From a virus, in the IMG/VR virus record IMGVR_UViG_3300045988_183062, positions 14,512 through 78,511 of that record: a stretch of 64,000 bases of DNA. The stretch is one strand, 5' to 3'. Positions within the stretch are counted from its first letter, which is position 1. The number at the start of each line of letters is the position of its first letter. The notes beneath the pieces are model-generated. The model saw only the letters and a program-made list of their open reading frames with translations, was not told the DNA's origin and did no database searches. Below are positions 49,257 through 58,508 of this stretch, one piece after another. The position numbers and the translations under genes were made by a program.

Positions 49257-49682
49257 ATGGTGGTGATTCATTTGAAGCAGATTATTCGATTTGCAAAGAA
49301 AGCATTGGTCGTGTGCGTGATTCTGGTCGTTGCGGTAGCCTTTGAGGGCTGCGGTGAAGTAGCAGACCAGACGCTGGAAGAGCTGAAAGGCATTCCGTCG
49401 CAGCTGTTCGCAACGAGTGAGACGGCTGAACCGGGAACGGCCGAGTCTGCAGAGCCTGATTATGATTACATCTACTACCGGCACAACAACCAGTGGGTCA
49501 TAGCCAGGCTCGTAAAGTACGAGATTGTCGATGGTGGTCTGAACATCAAGTTCGAGGTCGAAGACACTATGAGCGGAGACAAAGACTACTATACCAGCAT
49601 GGCGAACGTGATGCTGATACATAGTGAATCGAGAACATCCCGTAACGACTATGCGCTTTATCCGGGAAATAAACTGAATTGA
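49257..49682 (+). CDS. Lipoprotein (lipobox AFEGC)
   Basis: N-terminal hydrophobic signal, Cys after EG. Confidence 0.5.
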   Translation: MVVIHLKQIIRFAKKALVVCVILVVAVAFEGCGEVADQTLEELKGIPSQLFATSETAEPGTAESAEPDYDYIYYRHNNQWVIARLVKYEIVDGGLNIKFEVEDTMSGDKDYYTSMANVMLIHSESRTSRNDYALYPGNKLN

Positions 49683-49720
49683 GTTGAGGCATTTATCATT
49701 TGAACTGAAAGGAACACAAC

Positions 49721-50320
49721 ATGGCAAACAGCGGTTACATTGAAAAAGCGAAGGCTGGTGCAAGCAAGGCTATTCTGGATGCTATGCCCCGTATCCTGCG
49801 AGAAAGCGCTGCCATCGGCAAGAACAAGTATAAATACATCAAGCCTGATGGGGAAGAGCTGCCCATCGAAATAGATGATACCGACGCCAAGTCTCTGGCC
49901 TACGCTGCCACCAAGATGGCAGAACGGCTCATAGAACTCAGCAACAAAACGGACGGCTTCTTTGGTCCTTCCATCGACAATGTCACTGGCAAGAGCTACG
50001 CGAACGCCTGGCGCATCATGCGACCGTTGATGGGCAACGAAAACGCTCGCTTCTGGGATGCGGACCTGTGGGCCATTTCGGTTCGCGCCGCTGTGTGGGT
50101 CGCAAAGCCGGACTGTGCCCAAATGCGGAATGTGTCTTTTGCCCACTTGCAGAAGAAGGTTTTTGCCATTCCGTTTAACATGGCATCTATGATGCAGCAG
50201 GACAATCGATTCCTGCGCAGGATAAGCCCTTGCAGCGAGACATTCATTGAAATTGCTGCGGAACTTTACAACAAGCTGCTGGGCTTTGCCACGGGCAACT
50301 ATACCGTCATAAAGGAGTGA
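49721..50320 (+). CDS. Hypothetical protein Q2, paralog of Q1; upstream partner of macro-domain gene
   Basis: RBS GAAAGGAACACAAC; similarity to 42886 protein. Confidence 0.55.
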   Translation: MANSGYIEKAKAGASKAILDAMPRILRESAAIGKNKYKYIKPDGEELPIEIDDTDAKSLAYAATKMAERLIELSNKTDGFFGPSIDNVTGKSYANAWRIMRPLMGNENARFWDADLWAISVRAAVWVAKPDCAQMRNVSFAHLQKKVFAIPFNMASMMQQDNRFLRRISPCSETFIEIAAELYNKLLGFATGNYTVIKE

Positions 50321-50324
50321 GGAC

Positions 50325-50804
50325 ATGAGCATCAAGATTATCTCCGGCAACATCCTGACGAATCTTCCTACTAACAAGGATGTCTACATCTGTCAACAGG
50401 TGAATTGTCGAGGCGTGATGGGCGCGGGGCTTGCTCTCAAAATTCGCCGTAAGTGGCCCGTTGTGTACCAGCAATATATGGAAATTCCGGCATGGAAGGA
50501 GTTCCTTGGCAGTTACCAGAAAGTCCGGGTTGAGCCGAACATTCATGTTGTGAACCTGTTCGGGCAAAATAACTATGGACTTGGTGAACGTCAGACGAAC
50601 TATGCTGCCTTTGCAACGGCACTGTTTACGTTTATGCGAGATTGTTCGAAAATTGCCCCGGAAGCAACCATCCGTATTCCGAGCAGCATCGGCTGCGGCC
50701 TGGCGGGCGGTGATTGGGACACGGTCTTTTCTCTCATTGCCGAAGCTGCTGAGGCGTGGAACGCTAATGTTGAGATTTGGGTGTTGTCGCCCAATAAGAG
50801 ATAA
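50325..50804 (+). CDS. Macro domain protein (ADP-ribose binding/hydrolase)
   Basis: Motifs GNILTNL..DVYICQQVNCRGVMGAGLAL and SIGCGLAGGDW; RBS AAGGAG. Confidence 0.7.
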   Translation: MSIKIISGNILTNLPTNKDVYICQQVNCRGVMGAGLALKIRRKWPVVYQQYMEIPAWKEFLGSYQKVRVEPNIHVVNLFGQNNYGLGERQTNYAAFATALFTFMRDCSKIAPEATIRIPSSIGCGLAGGDWDTVFSLIAEAAEAWNANVEIWVLSPNKR

Positions 50805-50855
50805 GACAAATAAATACGGGTTGGAGAATCCACCAACAAAAAAGCAAGGAGCAAT

Positions 50856-51068
50856 ATGTATAATACAAACTACAAATGTGTCAAGCCTCTGACATTATGG
50901 TACGATGGTCCAGATGGCAAAAAGAAACCGTACCGTGTCGAACGCGGGACCATCTGGCATCTGGTATGGTGCGGCGGGCAATATAGCTTCAAAGAATTTA
51001 CCGGACCGGACAAGATGCGTATGGAGCTGCCGGATGAATATGTTAGGGAATATTTTAAAAAGGTATAA
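50856..51068 (+). CDS. Small hypothetical protein
   Basis: RBS AAGGAG. Confidence 0.45.
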   Translation: MYNTNYKCVKPLTLWYDGPDGKKKPYRVERGTIWHLVWCGGQYSFKEFTGPDKMRMELPDEYVREYFKKV

Positions 51069-51162
51069 CAAGCATAAACTATATAAGATTAAAACGGCGA
51101 TTACGGAATAACAGTTAGTTCCGAAACGAATTGCAGCTTGAAAGACTGCGTAAGATTAAGAA

Positions 51163-51201
51163 CACCCCACCACTTGTTAAAGCGATGGGGGGGTTCTTTT
51201 T
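51163..51201 (+). terminator. Terminator ccccacc..gggggggt + TTCTTTTTG preceded by conserved GACTGCGTAAGATTAAGAACA box
   Basis: Hairpin + T-run. Confidence 0.65.
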
Positions 51202-51320
51202 GCCACAAACCGGAATGTGTACAATCCGTAAACAAATAGAACATACAATCGCTATTTCTTTTCGATTGTGAGAGAATACAGGTAGTAAATAAATCGTGTC
51301 TAAAGGTGTGATGGTGTCAA

Positions 51321-51593
51321 ATGAGTAGCTACTGTCCCTATACGAACAGCAACGTGGTATATCTTCAGTGCAAAGAATGCGATGCCAAAATCTGCGAGAA
51401 GGATTGGTTCTTTTGTGGTGTCGCTGCCACACAGCAGCCGATGGTGAAGTACCGCAAGCAGGTGGCTGAATATCTCGACAAGATGCTGGCTTGGCCGCAA
51501 TGTACGCCAGTGAGCGTGGATACCTATTTGTGCCTGTCGCAAACGATGATTTGCCTACATACCTTTACAAACAGCAGCAAAAAGGATGTGTAA
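51321..51593 (+). CDS. Small Cys-rich protein; possible frameshift/overlap with ORF 51491-51685
   Basis: CPYTNS..CKECDAKICEKDWFFC; two overlapping frames both look coding. Confidence 0.35.
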   Translation: MSSYCPYTNSNVVYLQCKECDAKICEKDWFFCGVAATQQPMVKYRKQVAEYLDKMLAWPQCTPVSVDTYLCLSQTMICLHTFTNSSKKDV

Positions 51594-51689
51594 TGTTTGA
51601 TGAAGCCGAAAACGGACAAGAAATCGAAAGTGCCTACCGTAAGCTGTGCATACCGCTGCGGCACTGTAAATTGGAGGGAAAATAAACCT

Positions 51690-52025
51690 ATGATGCACCA
51701 GAAACTGGTTCGGGATAATATCCCGGCTATTATTGAGAAAAACGGAGAAACTTGCGTGACTCGCAAGCTGACCGACAAAGAATACGAGACTGCTTTGGCC
51801 GAAAAGTTGCAAGAAGAAGTCAAAGAGCTGCTGGAAGCCTACACAGCAAAACAGCGGAGTGTTCTGGACTGTGCCGAGGAAATGGCGGATGTTATGGAGG
51901 TCATGTACGCTATGGGTAAGACTTGCGCTGTTTCCAAGCGAGAAATTGAACAGGTCAGAAGTCAGAAGGCGGCGGAGAAGGGGACTTTCTCTAAGAAAAT
52001 CTTCTTGGTTTCGACTGAAAAGTGA
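51690..52025 (+). CDS. MazG/HisE-like all-alpha NTP pyrophosphohydrolase
   Basis: N-terminal KLVRDNIPAIIEKNG and EE-rich helices typical of house-cleaning NTP-PPases. Confidence 0.55.
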   Translation: MMHQKLVRDNIPAIIEKNGETCVTRKLTDKEYETALAEKLQEEVKELLEAYTAKQRSVLDCAEEMADVMEVMYAMGKTCAVSKREIEQVRSQKAAEKGTFSKKIFLVSTEK

Positions 52026-52037
52026 AAGGAGCGTGCT

Positions 52038-52461
52038 TGTGACACAGCAAGACGCAGCGCGGTTAATCCGAAAGCTGATTTTCGCCAAAAACAGTCAAGA
52101 CCTCACGCATTTTTGCCGGTGTGTGGAGGAGATGGCGCAAGACTTTGAGCAACGCGGTGAGAGAGAAAATGCCCACGCTATTCGTAATGCCCTTTACAAC
52201 GGGTACGTTAGGTCACGCTTTGAGCTTAGTCGTCAGACGCAACCTGAAGGCTCTCCATTTGTTTGCTACGAACCCGCATACACAGTTGAGAACAGAGATG
52301 CAGCACTAAGGATAGCACAGGATGCAAAACGTCCCATGCGTGTGCGGCAAATTCTTAAATATATCGAAGGAAGCACCGTGGTTGCGAAGGATGTGCTGGA
52401 GTATGACAGAGGTACGGAGAAGTGGGTCCGGGTTGAAAGCGAATGTATGCCATTAACATAA
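52038..52461 (+). CDS. Hypothetical protein (GTG start)
   Basis: RBS AAAGGAG 7 nt before GTG. Confidence 0.5.
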
Positions 52462-52478
52462 AATAAGGAAGTGATTTA

Positions 52479-53486
52479 GTGACAAACGCAGAATTTAAAG
52501 CAATCCTCCAGCGTGAAGAATACGATTTTTTACGTACCAACAAGCATCTGGGAGATAACATCCTGTTTTTGACCATCGGCGGCAGCCACGCCTACGGCAC
52601 GAATGTTGAGGGTTCAGATGTTGACATCCGTGGTGCAGCCGGTTCGCCTGAAATCTTGGGGGTTAACCGCTTTGAGCAGGTAATCAACAACCAGACGGAC
52701 ACCGTCATCTACGCCATCAATAAGTTCGTAAACTTACTTGTCCAATGCAATCCCAATGTCATCGAGCTTCTTGGCAATGACCTGGAGCTGTATGTGAACA
52801 TGACTCCTGAAGGGCAGATGCTGCTCGACAACAAAGAACTTTTCCTGTCCAAGCGCGTTGCATACAGCTATGGTGGCTTTGCGAACGACCAGCTCAGACG
52901 CTTGCAGATGGGGCTACTGCGGAACGGCGCTTCTCCTGAGCCGCTCAAAAACAAGTTTGAAAAGAGAAGCCTCGAACGACTGATTGCAGGTCAGGGTAAA
53001 GATGATGTCTTTGAAATCAGCATCAGTGAAGATGTCGATTCTGAAGGCAAACATCCTCTCTTGATTTCTGGAAATCTGAGTAACTATCCTGTCAACTCTC
53101 TCAAGTCCCTGCTTCGAGGTCTGACAACGACTATCGACCAGTATGAACAGCCGCAGCATCCGAAAGCGCAAAAGGATGCTGCCCATATCAATAAGCACGC
53201 CATGCACCTTGTGAGACTGTATTACACAGCATTTGACATTCTGGAGCAAGGACGCATCATCACCCGCCGGGACAAGGAGCACGAAGAACTGCTGGCTATC
53301 CGCAACGGCAAGTATATGCGTGAGGATGGGTCGTATGCACCCGAATTCTTCGAGTCTGTGGACCAGCTCGAAACGAAATTCCAGCGTGACGTGAAGAAAA
53401 CTGAACTCCCGACAAAACCCGATTTTGCGAAAATCGAGGAGTTGCTCGTAGAAATCAACAAATCCTATCTGCATCGAATTATGTAA
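52479..53486 (+). CDS. Pol-beta-superfamily nucleotidyltransferase (GS-x9-DxD), cGAS/DncV-like or minimal NTase class undetermined
   Basis: GGSHAYGTNVEGSDVDIRG motif; GTG start with RBS AAGGAAGTGA. Confidence 0.6.
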   Translation: MTNAEFKAILQREEYDFLRTNKHLGDNILFLTIGGSHAYGTNVEGSDVDIRGAAGSPEILGVNRFEQVINNQTDTVIYAINKFVNLLVQCNPNVIELLGNDLELYVNMTPEGQMLLDNKELFLSKRVAYSYGGFANDQLRRLQMGLLRNGASPEPLKNKFEKRSLERLIAGQGKDDVFEISISEDVDSEGKHPLLISGNLSNYPVNSLKSLLRGLTTTIDQYEQPQHPKAQKDAAHINKHAMHLVRLYYTAFDILEQGRIITRRDKEHEELLAIRNGKYMREDGSYAPEFFESVDQLETKFQRDVKKTELPTKPDFAKIEELLVEINKSYLHRIM

Positions 53487-53765
53487 AACCGCAAAGAGAT
53501 GCGGTGATAGCAAACAAAAATAACGTAGAACCAATAGTGGCAGAATATACAATGCTGAATATATGCAAAATTCTTTGTTATGTAATTTTGCCGTAGCAGC
53601 CCGTGTGACTGCGTAAGATTGAAACGAGGACGGTATCGACTACATGTCGTCCGAAAGCATCGTAGCAGCCCATGTGGCTGCGTAAGGTTGAACGTCCATC
53701 CGTAAATCACGGGTGGGCGTTATTTTTGTACCCGCAAAACTCAAAACAAAATACGATAAAAAGTG

Positions 53766-53815
53766 CTTGACCATCTGTGCGAATTGCCTACAATTGATAT
53801 TGTAAGATAAATAAT
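53766..53815 (+). promoter_or_regulatory. Conserved-family promoter copy f (TTGACC-16[..GTGCGAATTGCC]-TACAAT) followed by leader terminator hairpin 53822-53862
   Basis: See findings. Confidence 0.65.
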
Positions 53816-53893
53816 TGTACCCCGGTAGAACGCTTTACGTGTTTGCCGGGGTATTCTTTTTGTGTTGATACGTATTCTTGGAGGATTCAAACC

Positions 53894-56722
53894 ATGACTC
53901 TCGCTAACCTGTCTACTGAGCAACAGGACCTTGTACGCCTGGCTCTCGCAGGCAGAAATATACTCTGTGACGCTTGCATCGGCAGCGGTAAAACATCGAC
54001 CATCAACGTGTTGTGTAACGAGTTTGATGCCTCCAAACAGATTCTGTATCTGACCTATAACCGTCTGCTAAAACTTGATGCACAGGAGAAAATCCTGAAC
54101 GATAACGTCACCGTGCAGAACTACCACGGCTATGCTTCTAAACTCCTCTATCGACACGGAATCCGTAACATCGGACAGGGCGAACAAATTAAAAAAGCGC
54201 TCGACTTGCATGTCCCGGTCGGTCGCTATGACGTGCTCATCATCGATGAGTACCAAGATATTAACGAAGAAATCTCACGTTTGCTTGAATACATCAAGGA
54301 AGAAAACCCCACCATGCAAATTATTGCGGTGGGGGATATGGCGCAGAAAATCTACGACACCACGTCCTTGGACATTTGGAAATTCATCCACGGTTTCCTT
54401 GGCGCACACACGCAGGTCAATTTCACACAATGTTTCCGTCTATCCCACAACTTGGCCGAGCGACTTGGCACTATCTGGAATAAGGAAATCAATGGTGTAA
54501 ATGAGAACTGCGAAGTCAAGTCCATGACGAAAGACGAGGTTATCGAGTACCTGAACGACTTGGACCCCAAGAATGTCCTTTGCCTTGGCGCTCGTACCGG
54601 CCAGATGGCCGCAGTTTTGAATGCCTTGGAAGAGCGCCCCGATAATCTTTACGACAAAAAACATGTTTATGCCAGCATCAAAGACAACGACGGCGAAAAA
54701 AGCGTGGCTCCGAACAGCAATGTGGGCATCTTCACGACATTCGATGGCAGCAAGGGCATGGAGCGCCCTATCTGCGTAGTCTTTGATTTTACCGAGGATT
54801 ACTGGGCGACCCGTATGCGCCAGCCTCTGACTCGCTACGAAATCATGCGCAACCTCTTTTGCGTAGCTGCGAGCCGTGGCAAGCAGGAGGTCATCTTCGT
54901 CAAACCCGATAAGCGTAGCCTCGTGAGCGACAAGACACTAATGACCCCTGTCAAGACTCGCACCACCTTTAAGGACAAATTCGACATCAGTGAAATGTTC
55001 GATTTCAAGTTCGATGAAGATGTGGATGCGTGCTACAACCTTATCACGGCCAAGCAGGTATTCCAACAAGACCAGACGGAAATCGAAATCAAGCACTCCG
55101 ATGCGATGATTGACCTGTCTCCCTGCATTGGCATCTACCAGCAGGCAAACTTCTTCGATTTTTACGACATCGACAGCGCCATCGCCTTCTTCATGTACCT
55201 ACACAAGGACAAGATGGCGAAGGTTCCAACCACTTGGAAGTCAGTTGAGCAAAAAGTTCTGTTTCTTACAATGCTGATGACGAGCCAGGACCGTTATATC
55301 AAGCAGGTAGAACTGCCTTTCATCACGCCGGAGCAGGCTAAAGCACTGACCGACCGTCTTTCTACTATGTTCACGCATGACGAAGAGGTTCAGGAACGCG
55401 CCGAGTTGAAACTTGTTGTGGAGCAGGATGAATTGAAACAGCCTGTCACTTCTCTTATCGTCAGTGGCATGGCCGATGTAGTCAAAGATAATAAAGTTTA
55501 TTGCCTTAAATTTGTGTCGAACCTCGCGCACAAGCATTTCATCCAGTGCGCCTGCTATATGCTCGCTACAGGCCTGCCTACCGGTGTACTTTGGAACATT
55601 CGGGATAACACGATGTATGAAGTCGAAATTCCGGACCGCACGGCGTTTTTGAACGCAGTGGTGAAGTGTATCACAAAGGGCGTCTATACGGAAGCTCTCT
55701 CCTACAATCTGGAGAAAGACTACTCCCAAAGCCTCGATACGATTCTTGACCGAGTTATGTCCGACACTTCGCTGCCTGAATTTGATACCGGCGGCAACAT
55801 TGTAGAGGAAACGCCGCAGGACGAAGGTGTTGCTATTATCAAGCAGGGTGAGCAGTATGTCATCCTGGATGCCGGAACCCGCTCTATCGTGGATGGCACA
55901 GCAGTAAACGGCTACGACACGATTCTGGCCGCCTGCGAAGCATACGTAAAGCAGAACAAGAAAGCCACGGAGGAATCGGTGAACAAAAAAGAACTTCTCC
56001 ATATCATCGAACAGTGGCTTGATGACCATGCAGAGTTTGAGCATCAGATGTCTTGCGTGGCAGTCGATATTGAGAACCATGTCGGCCCGTATTCAGGCTA
56101 TTCAACCTTCTCTACCTATGTAGTTCGCAAGATGCTCAAAGACTGCGGCTTGGTCATCGACTTCAACGAACGTCAGCTTCTCAAGGTCTGGAAAGTCCGC
56201 GAGAAGAAGCGCCCGAAGCCTGTCACCCAGTACAGCACGGCTCAAGCCCCGAAACAGGTAGTTTTGAATCCAGCTGACAGCTTTGAGCAGATGCTGAACA
56301 GCTTGCAGAGCATGGGCGTGGATGTCAAAGTCGCGGAAGAGACCGCAACGGAACCTTACGACTTCTCCCAGTACAAGCGTTTGCCGCCGGAGCGTAAGAC
56401 GTATGATTCTGAGCCCGTCGGCTGGTGGAAGGATGGGGAAGAGCAGTATAAAAAAGAGAAAGAAGCTCTTCCGGCCGACTATCGAGTTATTCGCTCCTCT
56501 AAGCTGTCTAAACCCGGTGATGTACGCTACGTTATCATGGAAGAGGATTCCAACACTGTGCTGGACGACGCAAACGGGTATGGGTACAAATCCGTTCAGG
56601 CTGCGCACAAGGGCTATGGCTATAAGCGGCGCAACGGTGGCAGTTTTGGTTCCAAGAAGAAAGAAAAGAGTGAAGCAAAGCCTCAGACCACGGGCGAGCA
56701 GCTTTCGTTTGGAGGTCTGTGA
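53894..56722 (+). CDS. UvrD/PcrA-like superfamily-1 DNA helicase with long C-terminal extension
   Basis: Motif I CIGSGKTST, motif II VLIIDEYQDI; RBS GGAGGA. Confidence 0.75.
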   Translation: MTLANLSTEQQDLVRLALAGRNILCDACIGSGKTSTINVLCNEFDASKQILYLTYNRLLKLDAQEKILNDNVTVQNYHGYASKLLYRHGIRNIGQGEQIKKALDLHVPVGRYDVLIIDEYQDINEEISRLLEYIKEENPTMQIIAVGDMAQKIYDTTSLDIWKFIHGFLGAHTQVNFTQCFRLSHNLAERLGTIWNKEINGVNENCEVKSMTKDEVIEYLNDLDPKNVLCLGARTGQMAAVLNALEERPDNLYDKKHVYASIKDNDGEKSVAPNSNVGIFTTFDGSKGMERPICVVFDFTEDYWATRMRQPLTRYEIMRNLFCVAASRGKQEVIFVKPDKRSLVSDKTLMTPVKTRTTFKDKFDISEMFDFKFDEDVDACYNLITAKQVFQQDQTEIEIKHSDAMIDLSPCIGIYQQANFFDFYDIDSAIAFFMYLHKDKMAKVPTTWKSVEQKVLFLTMLMTSQDRYIKQVELPFITPEQAKALTDRLSTMFTHDEEVQERAELKLVVEQDELKQPVTSLIVSGMADVVKDNKVYCLKFVSNLAHKHFIQCACYMLATGLPTGVLWNIRDNTMYEVEIPDRTAFLNAVVKCITKGVYTEALSYNLEKDYSQSLDTILDRVMSDTSLPEFDTGGNIVEETPQDEGVAIIKQGEQYVILDAGTRSIVDGTAVNGYDTILAACEAYVKQNKKATEESVNKKELLHIIEQWLDDHAEFEHQMSCVAVDIENHVGPYSGYSTFSTYVVRKMLKDCGLVIDFNERQLLKVWKVREKKRPKPVTQYSTAQAPKQVVLNPADSFEQMLNSLQSMGVDVKVAEETATEPYDFSQYKRLPPERKTYDSEPVGWWKDGEEQYKKEKEALPADYRVIRSSKLSKPGDVRYVIMEEDSNTVLDDANGYGYKSVQAAHKGYGYKRRNGGSFGSKKKEKSEAKPQTTGEQLSFGGL

Positions 56723-57342
56723 TGGGAAATAGCGATACTAAGATGAAGCCAAGACATAACGGCGTCCATGAATCCTTGAAAGAACGTAATGACGCGATTT
56801 ACCGAGATTATATGGATGGCGTGTGTGTCGTGGATTTGGCCGATAAATATGGCGTGTCTGGCTATAGGATTGTACAAATCCTTCGTTCAGACTCTGAATA
56901 CGGCTTGGAAAAGACACGCCTTAACTGGCAAAGAAACACACAGGCAAAGCGTGCCAGAAACAAGGAAATCTACGAAGATTACATAAATGGTGTGCCCTAT
57001 AATACCATCGCCGAAAAGTGGGGCATGACCAGCAGCGGCATTCAGGCAATCGCGAAGAAGTACCAAAAAGACCTCGAAATCAACTTCGAGAGAACCGTTC
57101 GCTCTGCACCCAAAACAAAGAAATCCGAAATCGATTGGGCCGAGAGGAAAAGACGATTGATTGCCCAAGCCAGAGCTATTCCAAATCAGTCTCTATCGAA
57201 TCTTGCCAAGCAATATGGATTAACGCCAAATGAAGCAAGAAAAATTTTAAGAGAAGCGGGTATTATCAAGTGCCCGCGCAACGACTTGAGTGATGAAGCT
57301 CTTTGGGCCGGAATCGGAGGCAGCTATGACGACATCTATTGA
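56719..57342 (+). CDS. DNA-binding protein with three tandem HTH (sigma-70 region-4-like) repeats
   Basis: Three ~45-aa repeats (IYRDYMDGVCVVDLADKYGVS..; IYEDYINGVPYNTIAEKWGMT..; SLSNLAKQYGLTPNEARKIL). Confidence 0.55.
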   Translation: MMGNSDTKMKPRHNGVHESLKERNDAIYRDYMDGVCVVDLADKYGVSGYRIVQILRSDSEYGLEKTRLNWQRNTQAKRARNKEIYEDYINGVPYNTIAEKWGMTSSGIQAIAKKYQKDLEINFERTVRSAPKTKKSEIDWAERKRRLIAQARAIPNQSLSNLAKQYGLTPNEARKILREAGIIKCPRNDLSDEALWAGIGGSYDDIY

Positions 57343-57610
57343 GTTTGCCAAGACTGTAACCGAGTCTAATCTTCAAGGAGGTACAGATAGGGACTTCTCG
57401 CATGAGGAAACCGCCAGCATCCAACACACAAACGCAGCTATCCGCCAGGCGGTCAGGCAGCATGCCGTTTCACGTGCAAAGCGGAAACAGCACACCTCAA
57501 TGCAGGCAGTGCTTCAGCTTGAGCAGGATGCTCTGCTGGTGGAAGCCAAAAGTCATGCTCGGCAGTACGCAGAGGCAGAAGCTGCGGTAAAAGACCGCAT
57601 CGTGAAGTAA
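57326..57610 (+). CDS. Small hypothetical protein
   Basis: RBS GGAGG 6 nt before ATG. Confidence 0.45.
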   Translation: MTTSIEFAKTVTESNLQGGTDRDFSHEETASIQHTNAAIRQAVRQHAVSRAKRKQHTSMQAVLQLEQDALLVEAKSHARQYAEAEAAVKDRIVK

Positions 57611-57623
57611 AGCAGGAAGGTAT

Positions 57624-57911
57624 ATGATGGTCAAAATCTACGGTTCGAGTGACGACCTCGTCTGCTTGGACAATTCAAATTATACAGAGGATGAAATCGG
57701 CTGCTATGATGTGGCTGGTGTCTGGCTCTTTCTGGAAGATGACACGGTTTTGTTCGTCCACTACACCGACGGTATCTGGCGCATCGATGTGGAGCAAGAA
57801 GGCTCCATGCCGTATGAACACCGGGTCTGCGCCGGAACGGATGATGACGACTACAGTGATGTCTTTCTGACAGAATCAGATGTTGTGAGCCATGAAATCA
57901 GCTATAAGTAA
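57624..57911 (+). CDS. Small hypothetical acidic protein
   Basis: RBS AGGAAGG. Confidence 0.45.
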   Translation: MMVKIYGSSDDLVCLDNSNYTEDEIGCYDVAGVWLFLEDDTVLFVHYTDGIWRIDVEQEGSMPYEHRVCAGTDDDDYSDVFLTESDVVSHEISYK

Positions 57912-57924
57912 AGGAGAAAGCAAC

Positions 57925-58431
57925 ATGAACCTTTCCAAAATCAAGATGATGTTCTTCGATTTTGATGACACCTTGCTCATCCATTATCGGGAACATCGGC
58001 TCGACGCTACGGGAGAAGCACATAGAGAACGGCTCCTGCGCCGGGAAAAAGAAACGAAGGACGGCTACCGAATCTTTGATGAAATCGGTGAGCCAAATGA
58101 CCTCATCCAGCACTTCCTTGAGAGCTGCCCCGACATTCCGAAATACTGCATCTCTTTTGTGCAGGACAGCATCACGCTGCCGTTCAAAAAGCAGTGGCTT
58201 GAGATGCACTTTCCGGGTCAGTTCCATGACATGCTGGGCACATCCAGCCCGGAACGCAAAGTGACCGTTATGCAGATGTTTGCTAAAGTCTATGGCTTGG
58301 AGCCTTCCCAAATTCTCTTTGTGGATGACTACTTCAAGGCGGTTGACGCGGCCGCTGATGCAGGGCTCTGCGCCATGAGTACACAGGAACTGGTCAATCG
58401 GCAGTATTCTGCGGAAAAGCCCGTCATCTAA
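57925..58431 (+). CDS. HAD-superfamily hydrolase (DxDxT motif)
   Basis: MFFDFDDTLL; C-terminal VDD motif; RBS AAAGGAG. Confidence 0.65.
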   Translation: MNLSKIKMMFFDFDDTLLIHYREHRLDATGEAHRERLLRREKETKDGYRIFDEIGEPNDLIQHFLESCPDIPKYCISFVQDSITLPFKKQWLEMHFPGQFHDMLGTSSPERKVTVMQMFAKVYGLEPSQILFVDDYFKAVDAAADAGLCAMSTQELVNRQYSAEKPVI

Positions 58432-58508
58432 TCCATCTCATTCATCGACAAATCACAGTAAATATAAATCAGTCATATTACATGCCTATAAGGCAGGAAG
58501 GAATCACA

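Noticed and set aside
54885-54925. GCGTAGC-like motifs inside the helicase coding region
   Set aside because: They are isolated occurrences within a conserved coding sequence, consistent with chance, unlike the dense intergenic clusters at 15.7-16.9 kb and 48.4 kb.
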